Part shown: positions 1-12,987 of the stretch, piece after piece
Layout of the letters: each line of letters opens with the position of its first letter
Numbering within the stretch: position 1 is the stretch's first letter
From: Nemertoderma westbladi
Taxonomy: Eukaryota; Animalia; Xenacoelomorpha
Length of the DNA stretch: 64,000 bases
NCBI GenBank assembly: GCA_032718475.1
Contig: JAUCBJ010006078.1
Coordinates: 9,566-73,565, forward strand
Direction: 5' to 3'
Program-made: the position numbers and the translations under genes
The notes under the pieces: model-generated
What the model saw: the letters and a program-made list of their open reading frames with translations, nothing else
Told to the model about the DNA's origin: nothing
Databases searched by the model: none

Positions 1-414
1 GAGGAACCAAAATTTATTGGTTAACCCCAGATTAACTGGATGCAAATCCAATCTCGGCGAATTGTTATTTTTTTGCAATGTTAAATTATCGATTTATGGA
101 AAAGGACAGGTTACAGTGGCACGTTATTCTAACCAAAACAACAAAAGAAAGGCAATCTAACAACAGATTAATGTTTTATTTTTTAGAGTAATGAGCTGTT
201 ATTTGCGTCGATTTTTCCCTGGAGAGTGATGAATTTTGACTGCGTCGAAAGTCCCCCCACCCCCTCCCTCATCTGGCACAATCTTATCGTCCTACTGTAC
301 CTAACAGCAATGTTTACTTACTTAGAGAATGGTTTTCACTATCACTTGCATCTGAATAGGCCTATTATTATTATAACTTGATGGAAATGGATGGTGACGG
401 ACATATTCCTATTC

Positions 415-883
415 TTAAAAGGAAAACTTGCCCGAATGTAGTCTGTGAAGAGACATGCATAGTATGTGGAGCAAATAAAGATGAGCCATTAAGAATTGCT
501 TCAGTTGACGGAAAGTTAATTAATTAAATTAAATTAATGAAATTAATTAATTTTGCACAAAAAAGGTTGGTATTTCAAGATATTTCTAATATAGAGCCCA
601 TTGATTATATACAAAGTATGACTGAAGAAGATTGGGCTACTATTGCTTTAAAATACCATTTAAAAGGAAAACTTGCCCGAATGTGGTCTGTGAAGAGACA
701 TGCATAGTATGTGGAGCAAATAAAGATGATCCATTAAGAATTGCTTCAGTTGACGGAAAGTTAAAATTAAAGGTGTCAGCACAAAAAAGGTTGGTAATTC
801 AAGATATTTCTAATATAGAGGCCATTGATTATATACAAAGTTTCTCTGAAGAAGATTGGGCTACTATTGCTTTAAAATACCAT
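415..883 (+). repeat. Tandem duplication of about 224-245 bp in the Academ 5' coding region
   Basis: 415-659 and 660-883 both run ttaaaaggaaaacttgcccgaatg...gctttaaaataccat; the first copy has an extra AT-rich expansion. Confidence 0.9.
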
Positions 884-1339
884 AAGTCATGTTATAACAG
901 CTTTACCTCTTCTGAAAAAGGAAACGCTTACAATGTAAATTTCAACATAACGAAAATGTCAAACTTCAGATACAAAGAGACATTCAAACAAGCTCATCAG
1001 CAGTATCTTGGGAAAGATGTATATTTTACCAACTGTAATAAGCAAAAACTTGTAATATTGAAACAATAGAAAAGTCCCATCAGATTCTGAAATATCATGA
1101 CCCTGATTTGATTTGAAGGTTTTCTAATATTAATGACGTTTATCTCTGTAGGAAGCAAATATCATCTTAAATGTTTTGTTCAATTTGAGCATGGAGTTGT
1201 GAAGGAGATGTGCAGTAGTGAGATAGATTACACATCCATTTTGAAAATTTTATGCAATAATATAGAGATAGAACTAGGATGACAACAAATTATAGATATG
1301 GGAAATGTCTGGCAATGTCTAGTTGACAAATTAAACTCA

Positions 1340-1970
1340 CTAAACTTACCAATCACATTAAAATCAATCCTATACGGCCAGAAATGTAAGGATCTGAACA
1401 AACTTATTAATGCGGTATCAAAATATATATTGGACTCTAAACGATTTAGCTCAGTTGAAATATAAACTATAAAGGCTCTAGTGTGTAGAGAACTACAAAA
1501 AATTCCAAATTAATAAATAAATTAGCACTCCTAATCAAATGTATTTTTGGACCTAAATATACTGTGAATAAATTGAGAGCATTCACTTTCGTGTTGGAAC
1601 TATTTATATGTACGTACAGTATAACAACACACAATCATTTGTTGTATGTAATATATCTAATTTAACTTTGCTCTTCTACCCTTCTTGTTAACTATGTATG
1701 TAGGGTAATTGTGGAATATACAATAGCCTAGACTAGCCATAGCTATGACTAGGATTGTGACTGTGAGGTTTTCACCGGCGCTCGTGTTGGGTATGCGCTG
1801 CAAATATCTGTCGGTACAGAAATAATATATCTATATTTAATAATAGTATGTTTATCATGAATTTGTTGGTGGTGTATCATGTAACAAACCCGTGAGGGCA
1901 GGATATAGGGCTTTGCCCTGTTTGCCCGTAATTAAAGAAATATTAATGTAAAAAAAAAAAAAAAAAAAAA
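1340..1970 (+). mobile_element. 3' end of a CR1/L2-group LINE (ORF2 C-terminus, 3' UTR, poly-A)
   Basis: Frame reads ITLKSILYG..LNKLINAVSKYILDSKRF before the stop, a typical LINE ORF2 tail. A GC stem-loop lies near 1895-1930 and poly-A at 1950-1970. The Academ frame resumes right after. The 5' boundary is approximate. Confidence 0.7.
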
Positions 1971-2414
1971 CATGCTGTCCCTCAGAAGTACTTATCTAGA
2001 TTACAATCTTTTTTACGAAGATATTAAACCAATCATTGGAAGCAAAGCTAGATTTATGCGTCCATTACACCCACATAAATGTATCTTAATATGCCCTAGT
2101 AATACACCTTATTTATTACTTTCTGCTGCGTTGACAGACATACGTCGAATCAAGCGGTTGCAGATGCAGAACCTGTAAATGATAATATAGTATAGTATAA
2201 ACCAAGAACATGTTGATAAAATTATTCCACGCAGTCTAAGTATGTTTCTTTCCCTTCTCTTTGGTTTCGAAAATGCCTTGGAATGTTCCAGTAGTCATAA
2301 CACTACAAATCATGCTATTAGTAGCATCGCTCAAGATATCATATATAGTGTTTCCAATAGAACTAAACTAACTCCGGAACACTTTGGTCTAGGTCTGGCA
2401 TTACTTCAAGTAAC

Positions 2415-3120
2415 CGGTTTACCGGTACCTGTAGTTACTGTATGGTTTGGTGTAGTTTTTCCTGTGGTAGTTGGGTTGGGTTATGTAGCACTAAAATCGA
2501 TTTGGTATTTTGTTTTTTAATGGGCCTTAGTGCCTGAGTACTAACAGTGGCCCAAGTGGCCCTAAATGCTAGGTAGTATCTGAGGGAATAAGACCCCCAT
2601 GTCCTATTCTATTGTTTTCATATTAATATCACAATCCCTCTAAAGTCGTGGTTGTCTAACATCATATAGTTATATATTTACAGGGGCATTTTCTGACATC
2701 TGTGCAATTTTGTTTAAAAATCTGATCATTTATCTGTACATACCGGTAGGTGCTAATTGGGGTTGGTTGCATTCAGTGGGGAATCATGTTTGTTTATGCA
2801 TTTGGGGCTGATGGTAACATACTTTGGGGGTGGGTGGTTTCAACTCTGTTTGGTGGTACGGTAGGATTTCTAATTTATTGGTCATTGTCTTAATTTAGTG
2901 GTGCAGTTATGTTAGGGTAGGGGTGGGGTTCGTGGCACACTGCTGATGAGGAGAACCACGGATCCCAGGGTTCAACCTCAGGGTGCCTGAGTACTAACAG
3001 TGGCCCAAGTGGCCCTAAATGCTAGGTAGTATCTGAGGGAATAAGACCCCATGTCCTATTCTATTGTTTTCATATTAATATCACAATCCCTCTAAAGTCG
3101 TGGTTGTCTAACATCATATA
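2415..3120 (+). mobile_element. 706-bp non-coding Penelope-like insert with a partial tandem (pLTR-like) repeat
   Basis: Degenerate 15-bp TSD attacttcaagtaac (2400-2414) / attacatcaagcaac (3121-3135) splits the Academ LHQAT motif. A 138-139 bp direct repeat lies at 2530-2668 and 2983-3120. A hammerhead half-core CTGATGAG is at 2943-2950. Confidence 0.6.
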
Positions 3121-3327
3121 ATTACATCAAGCAACAAGGTCAGAGCAATTGGTAAATTTATTTCATGCCACCAATCACATTGTTGGTATTGAAACTATAA
3201 GAAGATTTGACAATGCAATTGCCAACTCAATTCTGGATAAATATATATATTGGTAATTAAAAAAAATATATATATTATATATAATATATATATATATAAT
3301 ATAGATATAATATATAACATATAATAA

Positions 3328-5195
3328 CTTATTAGATATTCTATTAAAACCGTATCTGCAATTCATTGGGGCGCATGTAAAGGACACATTTGATTTTCTC
3401 CGAAAGTTTAGTAATTTTAAGGATGTGTTCAAGGAGCTAGAGGTGGTTCACCTTATAACAGTGGATGTAGAAAGTATGTATCCCTCAATGACATGGGAGT
3501 TGGGCGAAAAGGCCAATATCCTACTGGTTAGATAAGCACCCGGAATGTTTAAACAAACGATTTACCAAGGAGTTTGTATTGAAGGGGTTGGAAATTGTGC
3601 TGAACAACAATACAATGGAGTTCCAGGGGATGTATTATATACAAGTTAAAGGGACGGCTATTGGAACTATATTGGCACCAACTTATTCAGATTTGGTAAT
3701 GGGTTACTTGGAACATAATAAATTTTATCCAGAGATAGAACGAAAATATGGAAAGACCGTTGCTAATTTTATTGAGAAAATGTGGACCAGATTTTTAGAT
3801 GACGGTGAACTTGCGGTCGATGATGCCATCATTAAACCGAACCAAATACTGCAGATATTGAATACCATGTCACCGGGAATAAGTTTTACGATGGAAACAA
3901 GTCAAACGAGTATAAACTATTTAAATGTTACAATAAACCGCATTAATAATATTTTAGAAACCGAAGTATTTTTCAAGCCAACAGATTCAAGGGAGTACCT
4001 TCCATTTTCTTCCTGCCATCCAAGACATGTAAAAATAAATATACCATACAATATGTCACGTTTGCTGGCTACAATTATTGATAATAGAAGTATTCTAGAA
4101 ACCAGGTTAATAGAACTAAAAGAGTCACTGATACGATCAGGTTATCCGGAAGACCTTTGTGGTGACGCAGTGGAATGGGCGTTAACGTTGAACAAACCAC
4201 ACTATTGAAAGAAAAAGTGAAATCGAGTACAAACATTCTGCCAATGGTTCTAAACTACAATCCATTAAACCCACACGTGTTCCCTATGGTAAAAAATTGC
4301 ATCGCTCAAATGTCTAAATCAAACTATCGTATTCGAACTGTTTTTGGGAATACCAAGGTGATTTGTAGTTACAGACGGGCGCCAACATTAAAGGATATAT
4401 TTCACTCTGATCTTTTCATGAAGGAGAACCCAGGAGTCAATAAATGCAACGTTAAAAAATGCAAGACATGCGACCCCATTGTGGATCGTTTCGAAAGAAG
4501 TACTTTTTAAGAGGGCAAGCTATGATATTCAAAAGAAAAAAGACTGCACGGTTAAAAATGTGATATACGTTTTAAATTGCAATGGATGCGGTGAGCAGTA
4601 TATTGGGGAGACCATTGATTTGAGGCACAGAGTTTCACTGCACAAGTCACAGATTAAAAATGGACAGTATAGAAATTTGAAAGTATCGAAGCATATCTGG
4701 GAGTGTGCGGCTCATCTTGAGGTCCAATTTAATATAACTCCATTTCACAAAATGAGAATTGGCTCAACACCTGTGGCAAGGCGGATAAAGGAAGATTTAT
4801 TTATTAAAAGATATAAGCCCTCCCTCAACAGTTGAATCTGGAACACAATGGAATGGAACAGTGAACCGCAAAGGAACTATAGAATTAGTATCATTAGTAG
4901 CCCCCCCCCCCCCCCGCCCTTCTTCGTCCCCTAATGATTATCTAACTCATATTGCCTAAACTGGTGTATTGCATAGTATATTACACATACTTTAGGCCCT
5001 CATTTACTATAATTCTATAATTTGCCTGAAGATAACTTTAAGTTTGAAATGCATTGCAATTTTTATAAATAATTTTAAATACAGTATTTTACCTCATATT
5101 TATTATTTTATTTATTTTATTTGCCATAATATTGTTTTAATTGGAAATTAAATATAATAACTGAATCTGTGAATCATTTTATCTCAATTGCTGTA
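3328..5195 (+). mobile_element. 5'-truncated Penelope-like retroelement (RT, Cys linker, GIY-YIG; Neptune/Naiad-like), frameshifted
   Basis: RT motifs VKDTFDFL, DVESMYPSM, QVKGTAIGTILAPTYSDLVMGYLE, RFLDD and KPTDSREYLPFSSCHPRH. Linker CNVKKCKTC. GIY-YIG NVIYVLNCNGCGEQYIGET. Flanked by TA-rich tracts at 3241-3327 and 5195-5252. Confidence 0.93.
5022..5059 (+). ncRNA. Minimal type I hammerhead ribozyme in the Penelope-like 3' UTR
   Basis: Stem I ttgc(5022-25)/gcaa(5056-59); CTGAAGA 5026-32; stem II aac-tttaa-gtt; GAAA 5046-49; palindromic ATGCAT helix III; ATT cleavage triplet. The pair closing stem II is T-T, so it may be inactive. Confidence 0.8.
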
Positions 5196-7191
5196 CATAT
5201 AATAAATATATATATATAAATAATAAATATAATATATATAACAATATATAATATGTAACATCTACATACCCAGTAATATTGGGAAGGGACCATTTATTCA
5301 CTGCAGTTGTGACAACATTGATGTATTGGAAGCAACAATAGATGGGGAAAATACTTTCCACAGCACGCAACTAATGGCTTGTTAAAGAGAAAATGTTGCA
5401 GAAACCACTAATGAATCAAATTTATTTCCTAATATAAACTTGAGACGAAATCTAAATGAGAATGTCCTGAAACAATTTCACAAAATAGACAAAGCTTACC
5501 TAATACCTAGCAAACGACCAAGAACCAATTTTTTTTGTCTGGAATTGACTTTCATATTGGAAATTGGTTAGAAAATAAATCATCAATGAATAATGCTGTA
5601 ATGAGAGATATTGGCTGGTTATTAACATGGCTCTATAATCCTGAAAACCAAAGCATACCTCACTGGGGAGCATACAATGAAGCAGTCTCAATATCTGATC
5701 ATCCTATAACAGTTGCTGGTATGCTTCCTATTTTACATGGGGTGGCTGATGATTATAATACAATGGCAACCGTAATTCATTGCTTCATCAATATAAGTAA
5801 ACAGTTTGACCAGACATATACAGTTATAACTGCAGACCAACCTTTATACAGCAAGTGCAAGGAATTAGTTTGGTCAAATCCTAATAAATATAAAAATGTA
5901 ATACTTCGCATGGGTGGTTTACATGTTTGCTTCAACTTTTTAAAAGCAATTGGACAGCATGGAGAGTGCGTGGGTCTTGATGATGTGTGGATAGAGGCTG
6001 GTATCTTTGCCCCAAATACAACAGAGGTTGTATTAGTAGGTAAAGCTTACTATAGAGCAGTTCGTGGTAATTTATTAGCATACAAATCACTTTGGAGATT
6101 ACCATGGAATATGTTTAAGACATGGCTATGTGAAACAGGACTTCTTGGTATCGTGTGCCTTTGCGCAATCAATGAAATTATCTACAAGAATTAAACGTAA
6201 TAGAAAACGAAGGCCTATACAAAAACGTATCAGTAATGCCAAGGTGCCCTTGCCACAAGTTTGGGACCAGTATATTGCACTAGAAGAAAAAAGCTGACTT
6301 AGCTCATTTCATTTCTGAACAAGTTTTGACTGAAGCTGCTAATCTACCTGCAAAATATGAAGTAGTTGCAGGTAGTGGATTCCCAGCACCTGTGTATGCA
6401 AAATCAAGCACGCACAGTGTTAAAACCTGAGGTGTAGATGATGAAGAGGCAGATAACCGTCTCATTGCTCACATTAGAGACGCTGTTAAACAGGGAATAT
6501 ATAAACGAATTATTGTATATTGTCGTGACACCGATGTGTTAGTTCTGCTACTGCACCATTTTTCCAACATTAGCTTAGAGTTATGGATGATTTCAACTGT
6601 GTCAAAACAGTGGAAGTATATTCCAATACATAGGATAGCAAGAAAATTGGATAGCAATTTTTTATTCAATATCCTAGGGTTCCACGCTTTCATAGGCAGT
6701 GATACAATCTTGTTATTTAACCGCATCAGCAAGAAGTCATGGTTTAATTTATTTTGCAAATATCCAACTATGGTCACTGGAATTGGTCGAGATGGTCCGT
6801 TTATTGAGGTAGAGAAGTTCGCATGTCTTATGTATGGTGGAGAAGGAGTTCTATGTGAACCTAGAACCGATATCGATTCTATAAGACTGTGAATGGTAAA
6901 GGTTTAAGAAATGTTACCACCCACTAAAGACGCACTCGAACTGCATTATTATATAAGGGCCAATCATCAAACAATGATTTGGCTGAACACCAATGACATC
7001 TGGAGTAATCAGATCTCAGGCCCTTTCCTTTGTATAGAATGGATATCAAACACTCCTTCCAGATGTTTGAGAGTTAACCGATGTTGAGACAAGCATTGAA
7101 TAGCAGGCGACATCTACATAAACCAGTCAACCCTCAATACCTCGATCCCTGAAGTCTCACCGATCCACCCGGGTTTTACGACCTCTTTTAA

Positions 7192-8757
7192 CCCTATTAG
7201 TACCGGGCTATAATAAAATGTTGTACAAATACCGGGGGGGGGGGGGTCATATTGACCCCCCCCCCCCTCTAAAATCTACAAATATTTACGAAAACGTCTG
7301 ATTTTTTGTTTGTACGTAGGTATCACTTGTCTGGATCCGACCGAAAAAAAAAATTTTCGAAAAAATGTACTGGGGTGGTTATATTGCAGCACCAAAATTA
7401 CAAGTAGTGCACAATTTTCACAAAATTTGAAAGTTACATTTTCGGCTAATTATTTTTCAATACAGGTTTTCTGGGGTGCAAAATACATTGGAAAATATTC
7501 AAAAATGATATGATTACTATAAATAGCTGTTTAGTCCTCTCTGCGTAGGAATAAAATGAAAAAAACAAGTAACCAGCACTTTTCAGTTAGAACACAAAAT
7601 TTTTAATTCACTTATACGATGCTATAAATTTACATTTTCAGGTTTTCGAGGGCGCTGATTCTAATGGAATACGTTTCTAATATGCCAGATCATTGCTACT
7701 TGTATTTTTCGGCGTAATTTGGCAAATTTTGGTGCTAGCACCAAATTTCGTACCCATCACCAAAAAGTACAATTTTGCGATGTCCAGTGCTGTTTTTATT
7801 GATTCCATCGGATTCAGGACCCTCATAAACCCGTATAACGCAAGAAACAAGGTGATACTATCTACTGATCAATTTGCATATTTTCCAAAATTTGGTGCTG
7901 GCACAACAATTTTCACCCACCGGCGAAAAATACAAGTTTGAGGACTCTTATGAAATTTTTACTGATTCCATTGAATTCAGAACCATCACAAACCCATATA
8001 ACGCAAGAAACAAGGTGACACAATCAATTGATATATTTGATGGTTTTCAAAATTTGGTGCTAGCACCACATTTTGCACCCACATCCGAAAAATACAAGTT
8101 TGAGATGTCTAGTTCGATAATTATATATTCCATTGAATTCAGAACAGCCATAAACCTCTAAAACGCAAGAAATAAATTGTCACAAGCAATTTTATCTATT
8201 GAATGGATTTTCAAAATTTCGTGCTAGCACCAAAATTTGCACACAGCACCGAAAAATACAAGTTTGATACGCTTGGTGCAACTCGTATATATTTCATCGA
8301 ATCCAGAACCCCAAAAAACCCCAATTGCGTAAAAAACAAGTTTCAAACAATCAATTTACAAAATTGACATATTTCAAAATTTGGTGCTGGCACCAAAATT
8401 TGGCACCCACCGAAAAAAACAAGTTTGAAATTTCTAAATCAATTTATATGAATTCCATCCAATTTCTAACACCAAAAAACCGGTGTAAATCAAAAATAGA
8501 GATGTTACAATTCATATTTAATGAAATGTAATTTTCAAAAAACGTCTCAAAAAAAGTGCCAAAAGTAGGGTTAATAAAAAATGGTGCAATAACTCGAAAA
8601 GTACCTAATATTTTTGAAAACGGTTTTCACTACTAGGAAGACAATAGATTTTTAGGAAAAGTCATAAAATTTCAGATTCCCAACTGCGTTTGTTTCAGAA
8701 TTATAATAAAAAAACCACGGGGTGGGTCATATTGACCCCCCCCCGGGTTTAATAGGG
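7192..8757. mobile_element. piggyBac-like non-autonomous DNA transposon (MITE), 1566 bp
   Basis: TTAA at 7188-91 and 8758-61; termini CCCTATTA...TAATAGGG; subterminal ggggtcatattgacccc palindromes; internal degenerate repeats containing aaatttggtgctagcacc; no transposase. Confidence 0.85.
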
Positions 8758-8909
8758 TTAAGACTGGGTGTTACCTGAACAGCTAATCGGCGGAGGTCGA
8801 GCCAGGCTGAATATCGTAGAAGTTTGCCCATGAATCTCTTCAGTGGAGCACCTGGATGTGTGTTATCTTATACTATCCAAGAAGGGCGATCTGGCAGAAT
8901 TGGAGAATC

Positions 8910-8971
8910 ACATTTTCCGCTTTCGGTGATCTCAATGGGTGACCATTGAGATCACCGAAAGCGGAAAATGT
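8910..8971. repeat. Perfect 29-bp inverted repeat with a 4-nt loop
   Basis: acattttccgctttcggtgatctcaatgg-gtga-ccattgagatcaccgaaagcggaaaatgt. Confidence 0.95.
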
Positions 8972-9912
8972 AATATTAGAAAGTGTAACATTAGTGTAAC
9001 TATTAAACTCAAGTCCCCCTTCCTGGGAAGGATTTTGCGACTAAAAACTCGCATTTTATTAGCAATGCGCCGTCTTACTCCAAAACCATAGAACAGATGG
9101 GTAAGATTTATAAATCTATAAAAGCCAAATGCCCTGCCGTGTTCATTTTTGGTATCCACTTTTAGTATTCCCGTACCTCCTTTTTAGTGGTGGGAATGCA
9201 GCCAATAAGAGACCTTTTCATTTTCTTCTCACCATTGAACTCCAGTAAATAAACCTAGTAACTAAGCTTCTGATTGGAAGTTACTATGTAGATCACCGTG
9301 ATTCAGCGTTCTAAGCATTCTGTGCAATGCATTCGACACCAGGTGAGTTTTGTGCTGCATTGTAAGTGCAACATCTCTTTGTTCAGTGTGTATTCTGCTT
9401 TGCTGATAGCAGGATGTTTTGCCGATAACACCAGGCTTAAAGTTTATGAATTATAGTTAATCACCGCAACATTGCATCAGTTTATGTATTAGTAACGATA
9501 GGGAGATTCTGCTATATTAACACTGCAAAACTTCGAACTTGTTCATATTTATATTTAACGAGGTAAGCTTTTGGGCTAATCATATCATCTTATCGTCCAT
9601 ATGTAACCCGGTATGGGGTTGGTCCGTTATCATAGACCAACAAAGGTAAATCCTACTTTAGTCTATAAGTTTGAAGAAGAAGCAACAACAGCAATTATAA
9701 TAACATTAATACACATCTCAAATACTATTTACAAACTGTACTAACAAATATTTTGAAAATTTTAATCATCAATTATTGGATGCCCGCCCACACAACATTA
9801 AAGCAATATTGGAACCAAATGTACTAAGTTTTCAATATCATACCAGCCAATGCCCATGCTTATCATTTGACCACAGAATAAATATATTCTATCATGCTTT
9901 ATGTTATTGCAG

Positions 9913-10110
9913 TTCGGGATTGCTCAACAGTCGCAGGGCCACGACCTTTTCGGAATTGTGTGTTCCCATTCAAATATAATGGCAACGAGTACATCAATAA
10001 GTGTCCTGTCGACCACAATGATGAGCCATGGTGCCCCACCGAAGTTGACAGCGGTAGCAATTATGTTCTGGGTTCAGGAAATTGGGGAATATGTAATTTG
10101 CAATGTGTTG
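9913..10110 (+). CDS. Host gene exon: fibronectin type II-like domain
   Basis: Acceptor ttattgcag, donor gtatgt; 198 nt, phase 1-1; CVFPFKYNG...C...PWCPTEVD...GNWGIC. Confidence 0.88.
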
Positions 10111-10447
10111 GTATGTATGTACTTTATGTTCAATGTACAAGAATTGCAGAAATTACATAAGATGGATGAATAGAAACAGATACATAGATAGATGTTTATT
10201 ATATTTCCTTTTTAAATTATTTTACTGCTTTGAATCTTTGATATTATCTTTGATATATTAAGATTAGGCCGATTTTCCAATAAAATCATAATATTATTCA
10301 TCAAAAAGGATTGAATATGATTTGACGCAAGTTTGTGGTGATTGGATATGTTGGTAGTGAGTGAAGTGTTAGTGATACTTTCAAGAGCAGTTAATTTATA
10401 GACATTAATTTACATGATAATAATTTACTTTTATAAATATTTTGCAG

Positions 10448-10564
10448 ATGAATGTGAAACAAATATTCACAGTTGTCACCACAATGCGATTTGCACAGAT
10501 ACCCATGACAGTTACACTTGTTCATGTAATCCTCCCTATATAGGAGATGGATATTCATGTGAAG
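10448..10564 (+). CDS. Host gene exon: calcium-binding EGF-like domain
   Basis: Acceptor ttttgcag, donor gtaaga; 117 nt, phase 1-1; DECETNIHSCHHNAICTDTHDSYTCSCNPPYIGDGYSCE has six Cys in cbEGF spacing. Confidence 0.92.
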
Positions 10565-10574
10565 GTAAGACAAT

Positions 10575-11500
10575 AGTTACTACTACTACTATTATGATCG
10601 GCATGATGCATTGCAGCTGCATTTTTAAGAATGCTGTGCCGGCTTGTCGACAAAATTGCACCGACACAACTCCCTCTAGATCATCCGCATCTTCAAGGCC
10701 AGCATCCTTTAAGATGCGTCTCAAGAATGTCATAGACTGACCACCATTATGCATTATGCATTGGCTGGTCCTCACGGCGAAAGCAATGTCCTGCAAAGCG
10801 GAGGCGACTTTGTTATAGTGTCAAGCTTGGGGCAACCACTGAGACACCTCCAATATTATATAGTGTCTGGTTGGAGATGTGTGCATTGTACTTTACACAA
10901 TGAACCCGGCGTAGCATTCTCGAATGTGCCATCCAGAGATTTTGTGTCCTCAGCAGTTAAGCCCAGCATGGACTCCCATAGAGGGAACTACTACTGCTCT
11001 AAATAATCGGACCTTAAACTTCCAGATCCTGGAAAACCTATTCAAGGCTGCCCATGCCTTTCCCTTACGTATTCGAAGGTCCTCACCTTACTTCCGGATC
11101 CATGATCCCAGGTAACAGAAGTCGTCCACATGCTTCAGCATACCATCCTTTGAGCTTATGCTCATCCAGTCAGCGTCTTGCTGAGGACTTTCAAAGTTAA
11201 CTGTAAAAATTTTGGTCTTTCTGGAGTTAATAAAAAGACAAACACTAGAAGCAGCCTGTTCTAATGAGCTGAGGGGCCTTTGGGCTCCCTCTAATGATTC
11301 TGAGAGTACTCCTAAGTCATTAGTTAGTAACTAGATCAGTTAGGTACTTGGCAGGATTTCCTCGACTTCTGGAGCCAGTAGGTGGAGTTATCATCACCCC
11401 ATCATCATTATGATTATCTAAGGACATGCGTAGAACATTTATGCACGAGTTCAACAATTATGAACAAGAATGGTGCAAGTGTGTCTCCTCAGAGGACGCG
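10575..11500 (-). mobile_element. 5'-truncated, decayed RTE-clade LINE in the host intron
   Basis: Minus strand gives GDTLAPFLFIIV, a frameshifted segment with SRGNPAKYLTDL, ESLEGAQ..LEQAASSV.LFINSRKTK and AGHCFRRED, ending in a (TAG)n tail near 10578-10592. Confidence 0.8.
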
Positions 11501-11610
11501 TGTTCAATTTTGAACGTTAATAACTCGATCAATCCTCGATGAAATGTAACCAAACTTGGTAGACAAATAGTCTGTCAAAAGTTTAGAAATTTTCCAAGTT
11601 GAATTTGTTT

Positions 11611-12987
11611 GGGGCCTTCGTGCAGCACCAGTCTTACTGACTTACAGTTATAATAAATTGATTTATCCAAAATTATAACGCTTGACATCAGCGGGTTGCT
11701 AGGAGACTAAATCAGCTGGGTTTCTGGCAAATTACGAAATTACACTAATACCATTGTGGCCTATCTGCCTGTACCGCAGTACCGGTACTATACTCAATCC
11801 CTGAATCCAGGAATCCTGCAATTAGACAATACTGCAATTCCATACTGTGTTCGGTGTTTTACAGTACTGGCTGCCTGGTACCGCGGTACCGGTGCAGTGA
11901 TTATAGATCACGTATACTGGTACAGGACAGGCCTAATTTTATAGGCCCTCATTCAGTAATTAGCCATGCTTTGAGGGTCCGTTGGCGCCGTCCGCTGTAC
12001 CGCCCTACCTGCCTTCTACTGTCAGACTGTAGAACCGGACTGGTACCAATTGCCAACTACAGATCTAGATGTACCGGTACATACCAATCTGCCAATACAA
12101 CAATAGCAATAGGCCTACCCCTCCTACCAACCATCCATCGACTCTGGACTCGGCAACCAGGCAACTGCAACCATGGAAGTTATGCGGACTAACCAGCTGA
12201 CTGGCATTCTTAGTTCAGGTACCCACTACCACCAGAGTCTACCCAGCTGCCCAGAAAAGTGTTGGAATTGAAATCAAACAACTCACCACCAAGGCCGCCT
12301 CTGTCTGTTACCTCGACTTTCGGTATCGCTGCCGCTACGGCAAACTGGACTAACCGTAGCCGAGGATGAAATAATTCGGTTTTTTAATCTCACTCTCTCT
12401 GCCATCACCCAGTGCCCGGCGGTATTGAAATTGACACGCATTGTACAAGCAGTAGGCCTATTGCTCCGAATTTCCGGCTGGTTGGGTGCAACTGCTGCAT
12501 CTACATTGCCATGTTTCCACACTATAACTCGGACTCATGAGGACGAGTGCTGCGTAGACTATTCCTATAAACCAAAACCATACCTGGCTTCGCCTATTGA
12601 ACGCATCGGTAGTTATCAGTCTTCGTTTAAGAAATATATTTAAATACAAAACAGGGCGAACTCAACGTGGCTTATAATGAAGACGAGTACTGCGTTTATT
12701 ATATTCCTATAAACCACATGGCTTCGCATATTGGACGTGCGATTGGAAATAAGTTTATCCTACCCTCCGCCCCGTGGGTGGTAGATGTCGCGGTTATGTA
12801 TTGGTTGGTAGGAAGGGGGGGGGGGGGGGGGGTGGTGCAGATTAAAAGGGCTGAACACGTACTGTCCCCCTTTCTTTGATTGATTAGCGGTGTGGTTGAA
12901 TTTCTCAAACAAATACTGATTTTCTGATACAGTCGCTCAATTTTAATTTGTATCTCATAACTGGGCCTCGTGCTGCGCGAAGGCCCC
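11611..12987. mobile_element. Putative non-autonomous element bounded by an 18-bp imperfect inverted repeat
   Basis: ggggccttcgtgcagcac (11611-28) versus gtgctgcgcgaaggcccc (12970-87), 17/18 match; the right end is itself a GC hairpin. No TSD or ORF recognised. Confidence 0.35.

Larger units (their letters stand above)
381..6990 (+). mobile_element. Decayed Academ (AcademX-type) DNA transposon; coding fragments at about 381-1340, 1971-2414, 3121-3245 and 5253-6990, separated by three younger insertions
   Basis: Ordered motifs across the fragments: KYHKSCY; TPEHFGLGLA+LHQATRSEQLVNLFH; DNIDVLEATIDGENTFHSTQ; ITADQPLY..LRMGGLHVCFNFLKAIG. These are followed by XPG/FEN-like EEAD, DTDV, FHAFIGSD and LPPTKDALELH. 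Transposase plus XPG nuclease is the AcademX architecture. Many stops and frameshifts, and an apparent internal deletion near 6200. Termini not identified. Confidence 0.7.

Noticed and set aside
4175-4835. Selenocysteine recoding as in some Naiad elements
   Set aside because: The linker and GIY-YIG Cys positions are TGC/TGT; no in-frame TGA was seen there.
8762-8909. Possible L1/Tx1 RT remnant (ILSKKGDLAELEN)
   Set aside because: Too short and degenerate to support a call.
9327-9435. First coding exon of the lectin gene
   Set aside because: ATG...CAG/GTGAGT gives MHSTP in a compatible phase 1 and CCAAT boxes lie nearby, but I could not build an open signal peptide. Left uncalled.
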